DNA of 64,000 bases from Eledone cirrhosa (GCA_964016885.1 OZ024740.1:208010001-208074000), one strand, 5' to 3'; positions 28,747 to 48,942 are shown, counted from the first letter of the stretch. Notes: generated from the letters alone by a model not told the origin. Numbers and translations: made by a program.

Positions 28747-29314
28747 TAAGAATACTATAAGACTGTCTTACTCCACCACACCTAACCTAGCTAGGAATAT
28801 AGCCAACCACAACTCTAAACTAAATAAGCCAACCACCTCCGAAACCAATCCCCGGACTGGGGCTCTATGTAATTGCCTAAATAAGGAAGCATGCCCACTA
28901 GAAAACAAATGCCTCACAAATGACATCGTATACAAATGCGATGTCATCTCGGGCACCGAGGATTGCAAAAAAACTTACATCGGCATGACCTCCAACACCT
29001 TTAAGACCCGCTGGTATGCCCATACCCACTCCTTCAGAAGACCGGATAAATCAAATCAAACAACACTCGCCTCCTACGTTTGGGACCTCAAAAGGAACTC
29101 CACCCCCTTCACGCTTAATTGGAAAATACTCCAGAAAGCGCGCTCTTACAACGGAGGACACAAGGGCTGCGACCTTTGTATTTCAGAGAGCTACGAAATT
29201 TTATTCGCCAAGGGCCCGCTACTGAACAAACTCTCTGAACACTGCCCGAACTGCATGCACAAGAACTTTGCAACATTCAAATACTTTAAGCCAGTGTTAA
29301 AGCCCGATGGCTAA
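28743..29314 (+). mobile_element. PLE GIY-YIG endonuclease fragment with intact frame
   Basis: NKNTIRLSYSTTPNL, CNC-x5-CPL-x3-CL, IVY...YIG.T, FKTRW..H..SF, CDLC..E, LN..SE...NC.H. 5'-truncated at (TA)n. Confidence 0.92.
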
Positions 29315-29459
29315 AAACGACCTCCCCCTACTGGCCCCTATACCTCCTCCCCACCCTACCCCCACCCCTCCTCAACCTGAAATACGGCCACTATGGTCAT
29401 GTGAGTACCTCTTTCGTATCTACATTTTCTGCCTGTAGAGGTGTCTTTATGTGCCTGTG

Positions 29460-32310
<2,851 letters not shown>

Positions 32311-32773
32311 AATGTGTCTGTTGATTTTGGCATATTGTTGATTAGTTTAAGAGAAGTTCGAAGATAATAGTAAGATATGCACTCAGTATTTTGAATCTGT
32401 CTGCAGAATTCCCTAGACCTTTGTCACTTAGTAGAACCTTAATGACTTTAGCTTTTAAAGAATCTCCCTCTTCTTTAATTCTATCGAGCTTGACTGACCC
32501 CCCACTGATTTTATAGACATCTGTTAGCTTAAGAGAAACTTATTGACAAGGAATGGTATGCCATCCGGAACCTGTTTATAGAATTTTGTCTGCCTTTGTT
32601 ACTCTAAAAACATAAATAAATATAAATAAAAATAAAAATTAACTATAGCTTTGTAGAATTAGCTTTTAATGAATTCCCTTTTCTATCAACCAATGACCTG
32701 CACCCATCCAACTCCCCACCCTCTCCTACCACTTGTAGAGACCTATAAATACCATATTTATTTTTTGATACCC

Positions 32774-32907
32774 AGATTCCTGATGATTTCTAATGAATGA
32801 AACAGTTCTAGTCCTGTAGAATCTCATCTATATTAAAACTGTTATACTCTGCTATGTATTGAGTACCTTACTTACTGTGGTTACCTCCGATTCAACCCGG
32901 AATAACG
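32774..32907 (+). ncRNA. Type I hammerhead (32774-32824) plus F1 3' tail
   Basis: agauuc-CUGAUGA-uuucuaaugaau-GAAA-CAG[uucuaguc]CUG-UA-gaaucu, near-identical to 20533. Ends at (TA)n. Confidence 0.85.
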
Positions 32908-32959
32908 TATATATATATATATATATATTTAAAAGAATAGAGGTGTAACACACGAGTTA

Positions 32960-35600
<2,641 letters not shown>

Positions 35601-37285
35601 ATTTTTCAATATGCTACTGATTTTAACATCAGTAGATTACTGGGCCAAATCAAATTATGTTAGAATCTTTAAAAAGATCTTTAAAAAATACTCGTACGAA
35701 TTAAATCCAAAAAGGTTTCAGTTCAAAAGAAAAGCAAGCTATTTCAAATTATATATTTGAAAAAAAAAAGACGTGAATGTTCTCAAAGATTTGAAGGTAA
35801 CTCTAAATTTTAGAGTTACCTTCAAAAACGCTGAACCTTAAAAGATTCCGACTAAAAACCTGACTGGTAGCTGTCAATTTTCCTGATACACCTATGAACC
35901 TGACATACCTAACGATCATTCTTTATATATACATTCAGAATCGACCAATAGTTATGAAGTACCAACAATCAAGTATAACTATTGGAAAATCGGTAATTTT
36001 TCTGGGTTGTCTCCCTTGATATTTTTAAAAGCCAGAATTAGTCGTTTAGTTTACATATTGAAACCCCAACCCATCCTATTTATTTTGTAATATATGGGAT
36101 TTTAAGTAATGTACTTTGTTTGTCATGTATAATGTTTTTTTAATGTCTAAAGATAATTAATTGTATGAGGAATGCTACCACTTAAAATAAAATTTCGCCG
36201 GGGATAGATTAACAAAATTTAATAATCGAGGGCTTGGAAAAAATCTGAAGAATTAATAAGCGGTGGAGGGCAATTATTTGAGATCTAAGAGTAAGCCGCC
36301 TCCTCTCTGATGAAGCAGCTTTTTACAGGGCTGCTGATATGTCCAAATAGAAACTCACTTCAGAAACATACTAAATATATAACTGATCCACCACAAACAA
36401 CAAAACATCTGCCGCCCCACTTAGAGAAATAGGATATGGTTTAATCTACCGTCTAGCCAGAAATTATAAGTTGAGTTATACAAGAACTCCTACTGAACCA
36501 ATAGAGTCAACAAACTGCATATCATGTTTAATATAAACAATATAAAAGTCAGTTGTTAAGACCATAAAGTTTTTTTTTAAATACGAACTAAGGAGAAGTT
36601 AACTGTAATCGTTGAGACACTGTCCCTGGGATAAACAGCGCAAGGTTAACTGCATTGCGTATCCGATTACCATAGCTGAAAGGTAGACCAGTTCTTTATT
36701 TTGCATTGGTTTAACAGGAACCACATTTAAGAGCCTATTATATGATTTGAGCAAGAACTAAATGTATGTGTCTGTGAAACATATACACCAGATCTGAACA
36801 CAAAGGAACCAAACTCCCACTGTCACTGCCTCCGTCTCTACCGCTCTCCCACCTCTCACTACTGTGAGCAAATGGGGGGCCAGAGAGTTCAAAATACATT
36901 CTCAAGTAAACAACACGTAGCACTCGAAGCTCATTAGGAAATAAGAAAGTTAAAAATGAGTTTCTAGTAATTGCATGGTTTATCTTAGTCAGTCACGCCA
37001 TAAGATAATTGTTGAAAACGACTCAATCCACGTTTTACTGAGAAATATCACATGATAAACCATACCAATAATCAACATAAATACATGGCTAATATCAACT
37101 TGCAGACACAGTATCACATATTTTCTAGGGTTAGAGTTAGGATTAGAGTTATGGCAGTGTAGATAGAATCCTGCTAATCATTACTTTTATGACAAGACAG
37201 ATTTTGTGACAGAAGAGATTTTGTGACAAGAACTAAGTATCCATCACTCTCAAAGTGGTCTTACTGAACAGTTGCTCACCATCTC

Positions 37286-37360
<75 letters not shown>

Positions 37361-37367
<7 letters not shown>

Positions 37368-38034
37368 TAAAACATGTCTATAGAATCACAAGATAAAATA
37401 TATACTATTTCCTCTCCCAATTAGCATAATTAACCATATAAAAAATCGAATAGACCAGGCTATAAGAATGAGGCTTCTATGAAGAAATCTCCGACAAATA
37501 ACCGAAACTAGCGCTTCGCGTCGGCCGTAGCGGAATATTTATCGAATATTTCGACAGCGTAATCGCCCAGATATAGTCAACTAAACAGAATTAGGTGTAA
37601 AATAAACTAGGAGAAAATAGAATACATTTAAATACCTCTACCATGGTTTCGTCCGTATTTTGAGTTTTCCAATAATTATGTAATAATTATATAAACTCGA
37701 GCGCCGGATTCATCAGGAAGCTCGCTCTTATCTAGACACTAAATTTTCCAAAGTGATCGCGCCAAGAAATTCATTTCAAAATGGCTAAAAATTGTGACGT
37801 AGTCGCAGTCAGGTTGGAAGGGGTGTGGTAGTTGCTTACGACTGGTGGCATTTTTGCTAGAAAGCACAGCACAATACAGCCAAATTTGTACCTCAACCTA
37901 ATGGGAGATTATTACATATAAAAGTTTACATATATATATACATACATATACATATACGTGTTTTGCAACTGGTCACTTTGTGGCTCAATGAAAAATTAAT
38001 AAATTAAACAATCAGAGCTATATATCATAAAACA

Positions 38035-38043
<9 letters not shown>
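37361..38043 (-). mobile_element. 660-bp HHR-bearing island with terminal direct repeat, between (TA)n tracts
   Basis: tatatcataaaacatgtctata occurs at 37361 and 38021. Confidence 0.65.
37634..37721 (-). ncRNA. Type I hammerhead with long stem II
   Basis: gcuuc-CUGAUGA-auccg..gaguuu..auaauuau[uac]auaauuau..aaacuc..cggac-GAAA-CCAUGG-UA-gaggu. Confidence 0.85.
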
Positions 38044-38108
<65 letters not shown>

Positions 38109-38110
38109 GT

Positions 38111-38300
38111 AGATTCCCGATTTGTATCGAGAGGTAACCACAGTTAAAAAAGGTCCTCAATACATTGGTAGAGTATAGCCATCTTTATTATATATAGAAA
38201 TGACTTCTACGGGACGATTACTGATTCATTCGCACGAAATCATCACCGATTTCATATGAATGAAACAGCTATAGTCTTGTAGAAATCATTTCTATATATA
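38111..38300 (-). mobile_element. Diverged F1 copy with fold-back
   Basis: gaggtaaccacag...cctcaatacat...gagtata is the reversed F1 tail. gaatgaaacagctatagtcttgtagaa is the inverted HHR 3' half. Confidence 0.75.
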
Positions 38301-38576
38301 ATATATATAGTTATGTAATAAACAACATAAGATAATTATTCCATAAATGAAATAATTATCTTATGTTGTTTATTACATAACTAAAAAGTTATGTAGCCTT
38401 GATAGAGCACTCTCTTTTCCTTTACCTTTCCTACAGAAACGCTTCAAATAATATATATATTTTTTTAGTCTCCTTCTCAACAAGGAAGATGAAAAAATTT
38501 ACCTCAACACTTAATTTTAAATCTTTAATTTTTAGTTTTTAATCCTTATTATTTCTTTTTAATTGTAATACTCAAC

Positions 38577-38618
38577 ATTTGATAAGATGAATTTTACTAA
38601 TACATCGAAACCCGTAAT
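38577..38618 (+). ncRNA. Minimal hammerhead, U3-A8 variant
   Basis: au-UUGAUAA-gaug[13 nt]cauc-GAAA-CCCG-UA-au. Stem I is weak. Confidence 0.55.
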
Positions 38619-38778
38619 ACTTTATATACTTTATATACATTATAAAACCCTTTTTTTTAAAGAATTGTCCTTCTAATTTTTTCAATAATGCCACTTTGAC
38701 GAATCAAAGAAACGGAAAAAAAGAAAAACAGACCCTTAAATATATATTCCGTGCTATTTCCAATCTCACACCTTTTCT

Positions 38779-38847
<69 letters not shown>

Positions 38848-38850
<3 letters not shown>

Positions 38851-39175
38851 TAGAAGTGGTATTTAATTTGTTGGAAGTCCGACAAATATGTTTATAACTG
38901 ATTTAGAGCTCTCAACAGTGTACTGGAGTAAATATTCAATGATATTAAATAAATGGAAACTATATTTATAAAACCATATTTATTTTATTATATATATTTC
39001 AAGGGCAACCAAGACAACATTGGTACGCTTTCATCAGATATGATTTTCATGGGTATGTCTATTTATAAAACAAACTTTATATTTTATCTGATGAAAGCGT
39101 ACCAATGTTGTCTTGGTTGCCCTTGAAATATATATAATAAAATAAATATGGTTTTATAAATATAGTTTCCATTTA

Positions 39176-39183
<8 letters not shown>
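38848..39183. mobile_element. F2 element with about 99-bp apparently perfect inverted arms and 44-bp spacer
   Basis: 38942-39040 is the reverse complement of 39085-39183; (TA)n on both sides. Confidence 0.9.
39080..39144 (+). ncRNA. Type I hammerhead (F2)
   Basis: uauuuuau-CUGAUGA-aagcguaccaa[uguuguc]uugguugcccuu-GAAA-UAUAUA-UA-auaaaaua, 8-bp stem I. Confidence 0.8.
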
Positions 39184-39216
<33 letters not shown>

Positions 39217-40200
39217 TTATATATCACACCAAACCACTCGAGTTCTTAAGACAAGATTAATATTAATAAATCTTAAGACAAGCATTAATATTAAAATTTG
39301 GCTGCACAGCAGCAACAGTCGTAGAGATGGGAGAGATGGAGAGAGACATAGAGGGTGACAGGCAGAGAGAAAAAAATCAGTTAAGTAGTCGCAAAGTAAC
39401 ACCCAAACGCACACACGTGCGCGCGCGCGCGCACTCTGACGAACACACCACACAAAAAAAAAAAAATGAAAACAAATTGTATTTCAAATCGAGAATATTT
39501 TTATTTGTCAAAAAAATTTTATTTTTGTTCCCAATTCACCATTTTCGCTTATTGAGACCCCAAAGAAATGAATAAATAAATTTAGAAATATATAAAAGTG
39601 TACAAAAATACAATCAATAATTCTTTGCGTATTATTGGAATGGCTTTTATGGAGACAGCAAGTATTGCAAGAGTCCAATCAACAGTGTGATCGTTTACAA
39701 CTGGCTATTTGTTTAAAGGGACTTCAAATGTATTCACCACGTTTAAGTCCAGATGGCGTTTCTCATTGAAGAATTTAATGAAATAAAAGAGAAAAAGTAG
39801 AAACGAGTTGAGATGAATGGTTTCCAAAGAAACACACTGGATCAACGAATTCACTCAACACTTTCTGCTTGAACTAACTGCATCAATACAACACCCCCCC
39901 CCCCTCTTTTTCCCTTCTCCTTTATTAAAATACTTTCTCCTTTTCCTCATTCTTTCCTTCTTTCATTCTTTCTTTCTTTTTACCTTTCTTCTTTTACTTC
40001 ATCTTAATTTTTTTCTTTCTTTATACGTCTTCTTCTTCTTCTTCTTCTTCTTCTTCTTCTTCTTCTTCTTCTTCTTCTTCTTTCTTTCTTTCTTTCTTTA
40101 TTCGTCTTCTTTTTTTTCTTCTTTTTCTTTTTCATCTTCGTTTTCTTCTTCTTCTTCTTCTTCTTCTTCTTCTTCTTCTTCTTCTTCTTCTTCTTCTTCT

Positions 40201-40236
<36 letters not shown>

Positions 40237-40332
40237 TATTCGTCTTATTTTTGCTTTTCTTCTCTTCCTTTTCCTCTGTCTTTATTCGTCTTCTTTTTCT
40301 TCTTCTTCAACCCCTCCTCACCACCTCCTCCC

Positions 40333-40473
40333 AGTACATTACTGGTACATTATTTTATCGACCCCATAAGGATGAAAGGCAAAGTTAACCTCAACGGGAT
40401 TTGAAATCAACGTAAAGGGTTATAACTCTCTGCTGCAAAGCATGGTGTCTGACGCTCTACCGATACTGCCAAT
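40333..40473 (-). mobile_element. SINE family A
   Basis: Core and head motifs as in 610-822. Confidence 0.85.
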
Positions 40474-40489
40474 CCACACAGATCTTCGT

Positions 40490-41320
40490 TTTCTTCTTCT
40501 TCTTCTTCTTCTTCTTCTTCTTCTTCTTCTTCTTCTTCTTCTTCTTCTTCTTCTTCTTCTTTTTCGTTTTCTTCTTCTTTTTCGTTTTCTTCTTTTTCTT
40601 TTTCTTCTTCTTCGTTTTCTTCTTTTTCTTTTTCTTCTTTTACTATTTCTTTTTTTTTCTTCTACTTTTTCTTCTTCTTCTTCTTCTTCTTCTTCTTCTT
40701 CTTCTTCTTCTTTTTATTTTTATTTTTATTCTTCTTGTTCTTTTTCTTGTTCTTTTTTCCTTCTTTTTCTTCTTTTTCTTTTTCTTCTACTTTTTTCTTC
40801 TTTTTCTTCTTGTCTTCTTTCTTCTTTTTCTTCTTTTTCTTCTTTTTCTTCTTTTTCTTCTTTTTCTTCTTTTTCTTCTTTTTCTTCTCCTGCTTCTTCT
40901 TCTTCTTCTTCTTCTTCGCTCACTTATTCTTGGGCGTGCCGAAGAGGCAGAGCGCTCAAGATCGCCTTCCAGCGGGTCCTGTCAGAAACCACCACCTCCA
41001 ATTCATTCGGCTAGACCCCCAAGCATGACCAGTAGTTCAATGTCTGATCCAACACCCACCGGTCTTGATACCCCACCTAGCCTGGTTGCATATGAAAATC
41101 CTGTTCATCATGGTTATGGACACGGGGGGTGATAGTACGCGCCTCGATGACGTTCGACTCCCACATTGAATGGTTTCGACTTAATACCATTTATCCTAAC
41201 ACAAATACTGAAGCATTCGTATAGGGACGTGAAGGCACCAAGGAGCTGTCCAATTATCCCATACTCATTCAGAACCTTCCACAACAGGTCATGTGGCATG
41301 CAGTCATATACCTTTTTCAG
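40490..41320 (-). mobile_element. Internally deleted RTE-clade LINE with expanded (GAA)n tail
   Basis: KVYDCMPHDLLWKVLNEYG...LY...VRINGIKSKPFNVGVE (RT), C-terminal SDRTRWKAIL, and a (TTC)n tract at 40490-40917. Confidence 0.75.
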
Positions 41321-41537
41321 GTATGGTCAACTGCCTAAATGGATATAGATCTCGCATTAGATAAATAATAATCAATACAATAGTACCAGGTTAAGTGCTG
41401 CGATCAATAATACTTCTTCATGGTGTAACATGTGGATGTGTAAGTCAGCCGTAATTTTTCTGTGATACTGGGAAGAGAAAGCAGAAATTTCATACTACGC
41501 TTGTAATTCAGGATTAGCTCTGTGTTAACGTTCATTT

Positions 41538-41940
41538 TGGCAGTATCGGTAGAGGGTCGGACGCCATGCTTTCCAGCACAGTTACGTCCCTTTACGGACT
41601 GAGTTCAAATCCCGCCGAGGTTGACTTTGCCTTTCATCCTTACGGGGTCGATAAATACACTGGGATAATTGCTGGCCTTGTGGTCAAAATTAGAAACAAT
41701 TTATTAGTGTGGGATTGACACCCTGCTTCGGGGCAGAGAGTTACGGCGTCAGACACCATGCTTTGCAGCATAGAGTTATGGGCCTTTACGTTCTGAATCC
41801 AAATCTCGCCGAGGTTAGCTTTACTTTTCATTCCTACGAGGTCGATAAAATAAAGCACCATTAAAGCACTGGGGTCGATTTAATCGACTTTGCCTCCTCT
41901 TCAAATTGCTGGCCTTCTGCCTAAAATAGAAACAATTATT
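41538..41940 (+). mobile_element. Two tandem SINE family A copies
   Basis: Cores at about 41600-41655 and 41795-41855. Confidence 0.85.
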
Positions 41941-42157
41941 AGAGTGGGTTGATGAACAGAACTGAATTGATAGTTACGTTCTGGTTTCTGTTTGGTACAC
42001 ATCAAGATTGCCGACTGGCACATGTCAATTGACGAGAAATATAACAAAATGAAGGCATATTTGTTAATATTTTCACAACGAGGAACAAATTTTATAGTGT
42101 TAAATTTATCTTAGATTTTCAAATATACGCTACGTTGTAAATAAATACTTGATATAT

Positions 42158-42195
<38 letters not shown>

Positions 42196-42259
42196 CATAC
42201 ATATATATATAAATTTATAAATATACATATAAACATATGTTCACATGCACATATCTCCA

Positions 42260-42350
<91 letters not shown>

Positions 42351-42352
<2 letters not shown>

Positions 42353-42608
42353 AAAATTAGAATTGGTGCTCTGAAATAGCGATATCTATATCAATGTATA
42401 TATAGTGTATTTTGCAATACACTGTATGCTTAATTAAACTCATTTTGAAGATCTTACACTATTGTTTTAAAGTAGTGACAATGTCACTTACTTCTATTTT
42501 CAGCAAACAAGGGGAGATAAGCTGACAGAGCTCTGTTTCGGACTTGCAAAATACACTATATATACATTCATATATATATCGCTATTTCAGAGCACCAATT
42601 TTCAATTT
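42351..42608. repeat. Fold-back island (about 65-bp arms) with an HHR 3' half on the minus strand
   Basis: aattggtgctctgaaatagcgatat...gtattttgcaa / ttgcaaaatac...atatcgctatttcagagcaccaatt. The minus strand reads ccGAAACAG[agcu]CUGUC. Confidence 0.75.
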
Positions 42609-42609
42609 A

Positions 42610-43218
42610 TCAAAGGTATTGAGTTACTATACGGCTCGGAAAAACGTCTTTCCTAGAGCTAATTTACTGTAATGAGACTATTTTGAGTTTGTAACTCAAT
42701 ACATGCCTTTGATATATTCGGCTCCGTTAATTCGTTGAGCTAATTCAAATGTCGAGTAAACCCGGCTGCTATTTTTAGTGGCGTGAGTCTGCGAGACACG
42801 CTAAGTCTGGAACCATGTGCGTTACATATACGCACACTATCCATTTTTTATTATATTTAGAAGTGACCAGGATACTAATAATTCTTCACCCGCTGATGAG
42901 CTAGGATTTTGGTATTCCTCTTCACAAATAATATTGCGAAACAGTATTATCAAAACTGTCCGGGTGATCGGTAGTTACCACAATTCTGGTTTGTATTTAT
43001 TTTTCTTGGTTTATTCTTAAATTGAGTCTAGCAAACTCTATTGCCTGTAGTTAGTATTCGTTTCACCTTAGCGAATCTGGTCCATTACGATTTGAACACA
43101 TATATGTATATTTCTGTGTTCGTTTTTCTTCTTTGTACATTTTTACTATACGGCTCGGAAAAACTCTTTCCTAGAGCTAATTTACTGTAATGAGACTAAC
43201 TCAATACATGCTTTTGGT
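42610..43218 (+). mobile_element. F3 element in partial-tandem (pLTR-like) form, period 519 bp
   Basis: ttactatacggctcggaaaaac...aactcaatacatgc occurs at 42624 and 43143, with a short 5' inversion at 42610-42627. Confidence 0.8.
42886..42967 (+). ncRNA. Type I hammerhead (F3)
   Basis: ucacccg-CUGAUGA-gc...gc-GAAA-CAGU[auuaucaaa]ACUG-UC-cggguga: 7-bp stem I, canonical GUC. Confidence 0.9.
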
Positions 43219-43338
43219 ATATATATATATATATATATATAGTAATAATAATAAATTTGAAGACTAAAATCCAAAGAGGGCTCGATAAGGATAAATATAT
43301 ATCAAATATATAAGAACCGTAGAGCAAATATTTATTAA

Positions 43339-44020
<682 letters not shown>

Positions 44021-44263
44021 AATTGTAATACGTGACGTATTCTATTCTATAGCGATTAGGTCTTCAAAATGTTTATTATAAACATACAGAATATTTTCGA
44101 ATATTCTATGTCTATATTCACATATATATCGCTATTTCAGAGCATTTATTCTAATTTCTAATTTCTGCCGGACCGGCAACCGCTCTTTCAAACCAGTTCA
44201 TGTACACAGCTAAGTATTCTATAAGTCTCTAGCTGTGTCATTCTCGATAAAAGCACTGGATAT

Positions 44264-44306
44264 GTAGTCCTGAAGATTTCTAATAAGAATGAAACGCGTA
44301 GATTAC
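44264..44306 (+). ncRNA. Minimal type I hammerhead, unit 1
   Basis: guaguc-CUGAAGA-uuucu[aaua]agaau-GAAA-CGCG-UA-gauuac. Stem I is extended by a 16-bp helix (44240-44255 / 44313-44328). Confidence 0.9.
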
Positions 44307-44573
44307 TTCCCTTGCTTTTATCGAGAATCTAATTGTAATACGTGACGTATTCTATTCTATAGCGATTAGGTCTTCAAAATGTTTATTATAAACATACAGA
44401 ATATTTTCGAATATTCTATGTCTATATTCACATATATATCGCTATTTCAGAGCATTTATTCTAATTTCTAATTTCTGCCGGACCGGCAACCGCTCTTTCA
44501 AACCAGTTCATGTACACAGCTAAGTATTCTATAAGTCTCTAGCTGTGTCATTCTCGATAAAAGCACTGGATAT

Positions 44574-44616
44574 GTAGTCCTGAAGATTTCTAATAAGAAT
44601 GAAACGCGTAGATTAC
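44574..44616 (+). ncRNA. Minimal type I hammerhead, unit 2
   Basis: Identical to 44264-44306. Confidence 0.9.
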
Positions 44617-44738
44617 TTCCCTTGCTTTTATCGAGAATCTAATTGTAATACGTGACGTATTCTATTCTATAGCGATTAGGTCTTCAAAATGTTTATTATA
44701 AACATACAGAATATTTTCGAATATTCTATGTCTATATT

Positions 44739-44785
<47 letters not shown>

Positions 44786-44824
44786 TATGTTAATAAATGG
44801 AAACTATATTTATAAAACCATAAT

Positions 44825-44890
44825 TATTTTATTATATATATTTCAAGGGCAACTGAGGCAAATTTTGGTGCGCTTTCATCAGATAAAATA
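44825..44890 (-). ncRNA. Type I hammerhead (F2)
   Basis: uauuuuau-CUGAUGA-aagcgcacc...guugcccuu-GAAA-UAUAUA-UA-auaaaaua. Confidence 0.75.
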
Positions 44891-45136
44891 CAAAATTTTT
44901 TTATAAATGTTGAGATACCCGCCGAAGAACAACTTTGACCGTTGGAGGTTCGCTGGATATATATATAACATAGAAACAGACACGCACACTCTTTAAGGCA
45001 CATCAACACCCTAAATGCCAGCTATATCATAAACACACAGACCTGGAACATCCATATACAAAGGCGTACTGACAGACACACACCTTAAACAGAGGTACAC
45101 CCCCACAAAGTCCACCTCCACCACATGCCACTGCGT

Positions 45137-45833
45137 CTGGCCTTGGCGACGACGGACTCTTCCACTGAAGGCTCTGGCGTTTGGTTTCCGAGTCGTACTC
45201 GAAGATCCATGACTCATCACCGGTGATGACTGTCCCTAGCAAGTGTGGTTCGGTTTCAAGACACTCGAGGATGTCCTGGCCCATTTGCATGCGCCGACCC
45301 TTCTGGTCATCGTTCAGCAGTTTTGGCACCATCTCCGCGCAGACTTTCCCCATGTCCAAATCTTCAGTGAGAATCTTCCAGACGCTGTCCCGATTCATGC
45401 CCAGCTCATTTGCTGACGCGCTCAACGTTGACCTCAGTGCTGGTTGTTGAGGGCCTTCCGCTCCTGGGGGTCATCTTCCACATCCTCGCGTCCTTCTTTA
45501 AATCTCTTGCACCACTTGAAAAAAACGTGAGCGTGATATCGTCTCATCTCCATACACTTGCTACAGCAATCCCAGTACTTCTGACGGAGTTTTTTCCCAA
45601 TTGTACCAGAAACTTCAAGTTTGTTCGTTGCTCTGTGCTCATTTCTTGAAGACTTGAAACAGAGGACATGTATATAAAATTATGAAGAAAAAAGTTTAAT
45701 CGCTGCAGAGAGCTAAGATTACAGTTATATACTCTAGGGGGATTACTTTGAAGGAGAAAACTATTAGTGTGAAGTTTGGGTTTAAAATAAATCTTTTGTG
45801 ACATCAGTCCTGGAACTTTTCTGACACACCTCG
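45137..45833 (-). mobile_element. 3'-truncated mariner transposon with frameshifted transposase
   Basis: TIR ta|cgaggtgtgtcagaaaagttccaggactg; MSTEQRTNLKFLVQLGK; VPKLL; ITGDESWIFEYDSETKRQSLQW (first catalytic D). Confidence 0.92.
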
Positions 45834-46021
45834 TATATATATACATGTATGTGTACATACACACATATACGTTAAAAATAATATGACATTCATCCCGACG
45901 TATATATTCAATAATATATTTTTCTTTTATAGAACATTTGAATTCAACGTTGGTTTGATTTAATTCTTTAAGCTGGATGTGGTCTTATCATCATCTTAGT
46001 AAATACTTTTACTTAAATACA

Positions 46022-46330
<309 letters not shown>

Positions 46331-46504
46331 GGTTATTTTTCCTCACAGCAAACGATGAAGGTCAGCATAAGACATGGAAAACAACTTTCAGCTCAGAGCA
46401 ATGATATTCAAAAACTGCCAATGACCTCCAGCCATCCCAATCACCACCTTCCCCTACCCACCAGAAAACATATAAATACCACCATATCACAATGACAATT
46501 GGCT

Positions 46505-46625
46505 TTCCTGATTATTTCCTTCGAATGAAATGTTTCTAGTCCTGTAGAACCCAATTCTATATTAAACATTGTATATACTCTATGTTTGAGTACCTTACTT
46601 ACTGTGACTACCCGCGATTGAACCC

Positions 46626-46630
<5 letters not shown>
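46505..46630 (+). mobile_element. Diverged F1 copy with decayed HHR, ending in (AC)n
   Basis: ttcctgattatttc..gaatgaaatgtttctagtcctgtagaa...gagtaccttacttactgtgactacc. Confidence 0.75.
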
Positions 46631-46712
<82 letters not shown>

Positions 46713-47039
46713 CTCCCTCTCCGCTATCGCCTCTATTTTCGTCTTTTCTTTCTTTCATAACTTCTTGGTAATAGGTTTTGGGCACGCTACGGATAGATGT
46801 ATCGTCTATAATGTGTTGAAACATCTGTGACCCGTAGTAGACAACTGATGAAGGGAAAATGTCTATCACTTGTTTGTGTTCCCTTTTCTAACACTCGTTA
46901 TCAGTAACCACGCAGCCTCATCTCCCCCTCTCTCTTTTATATATATATATATATGTGTGTGTGTGTATGTATACATACATACATACATATATACATACAT
47001 ACATGCATACAAACATACATACATAGTCTTGTGTCTATG

Positions 47040-48312
47040 TTAGAAACCGACTCTCTCTCTCTATTGGGAAAAATTGGTGAAATTATAAAACCAGAAGAAC
47101 ATACATACATATATACATATATACATACGTGCGTACAATCATACACATGCAGTTCTCTGGCTACAATCAGAAACACAAGATCGGTGTATATAAAGGCGCC
47201 AGAACCAAATGGGCAAAGATTGAAGAAAATGAAGCAAATGGGACTTGCCCCATGTATAGGAGCAAATTTGGGAACAAAATAGAAAGGATTAGGAATAAGG
47301 CAAATTATATCAACTCATGGTATGATAGCAATAAATACCAGAGCCTAATGTTCGTCAATACAACCCCTAGAGGCGAACAAACTTACAGATTTAATAGGGC
47401 CCTAGACAAGCTCAAATTAAATATTAAGATAATTGAAAGACCAGGTATTCCCTTAAAAAGACCTAATTAGTAAAACATACCCTTTTCAAAGATCCCCCTG
47501 TACTGATAGGCAATGCATTCTCTGCAAGCTAAGCCCGCAAGCGAACTGCAAAACTAGGAACGTAGTATACATAAGATGTACTGAGGGACAGTTTAGGAAA
47601 AAGAATATAACATACATAGGTGAAATAGCCCGTAGCATAGGAGAAATCATTAGTGAACACTGGCAAGAATTTCAGGATGGGAAAAACTCATCAGTACTTC
47701 ACCAACATGCCAAAATAGAACATATGGACACATTAGAGAACATAGAGATAAAAATTATAACCACACGCAGAGGCGACAAATATAAACGAACTCTAACCAA
47801 AATTAAACAGAAAACATGAGTGGAATAGCAACATCACAACTAGTAATTAAGGACAAAATGAAGACTTACAGAGACACACAAACAAACCAGACACAAACAG
47901 ATAGAACAAACAACCAACTCGTGACAAGTAAATAAACACATAAATAAATAAATAAATAAATACACACACACACACACACACACACACACGGGTGTAACGC
48001 ATGCGCAAACCAAGAACACAAAATACACCACACAATAACAAGATGGTGTAGGACAGAACAAAGGAGAGACACAGAATAAAAACCCAGTCACTGAGGGGGT
48101 CACAGAATGTGTGACGAAAGAGCTTTGAAAATATATAAACAACCTTCCGGTTATCGAAAAAGTCAACCAACCTGCAATTTATAATAAATTGAAGTGAAAA
48201 CCAGAGGTGCGTATGCTTTTATTGGCAACATGACCCTGCCAAAGTGTAACAATGTCTGTTTCAACACACGTCTTCCGATAAGAAATCTTGCAAAACAAAT
48301 TCAAAAGCGAAG
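47040..48312 (+). mobile_element. Decayed PLE 3' fragment (different subfamily): linker, GIY-YIG and 3' region with HHR
   Basis: IKIIERPGIPLK, PCTDRQCILC, NCKTRNVVY, YIGEIARSIGE..SEHW, SSVLHQHAKIEH; frameshifted. Confidence 0.8.
48088..48128 (+). ncRNA. Minimal hammerhead with core substitution
   Basis: uca-CUGAGGG-g-gucaca[gaaug]ugugac-GAAA-GAGC-UU-uga, downstream of the GIY-YIG remnant. Confidence 0.6.
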
Positions 48313-48313
48313 T

Positions 48314-48360
<47 letters not shown>

Positions 48361-48361
<1 letters not shown>

Positions 48362-48474
48362 GTTATTCCGGGTTGAATCGGAGGTAACCACAGTAAGTAA
48401 GGTACTCAATACATAGCAGAGTATAACAGTTTTAATATAGATGAGATTCTACAGGACTAGAACTGTTTCATTCA
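48361..48474 (-). mobile_element. F1 copy truncated inside the HHR, flanked by (TA)n
   Basis: Appears identical to the reverse complement of about 32794-32907. Confidence 0.88.
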
Positions 48475-48730
48475 TATATATATATATATATATGTGTAAT
48501 TTCCGTCAACCAGATTCCACTAACAATCATTTGCTCAACACGAGACTCTAATCGATACAGGATCAAGGCACCATACAGTAAGACTGAACCCGAACATACA
48601 TGGTTCAGAGCGATATCATTAATCACACAGCCATAGTTTAAGAATGGCATTGAAGTGAGCTTCACTGAACAATCAACATTGTGTCGGGTGTCTTTGATAC
48701 AATGAAGCAACCCCCCAAACCCCCAACCCC

Positions 48731-48795
<65 letters not shown>

Positions 48796-48902
48796 TCATA
48801 TATATATGTATATACTCATATATATATACTCATATATATACCCATATATATATGTATATACTCATATATATACATATATATATGTATATACTCATATATA
48901 TA

Positions 48903-48942
<40 letters not shown>

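Noticed and set aside
36304-36350. HHR-like CUGAUGA-agcagc..gcugcu-GAUA
   Set aside because: GAAA is mutated and stems I/III do not close; a relic at best. The same applies to 3069-3104, 50925-50970, 51517-51570 and 60984-61020.
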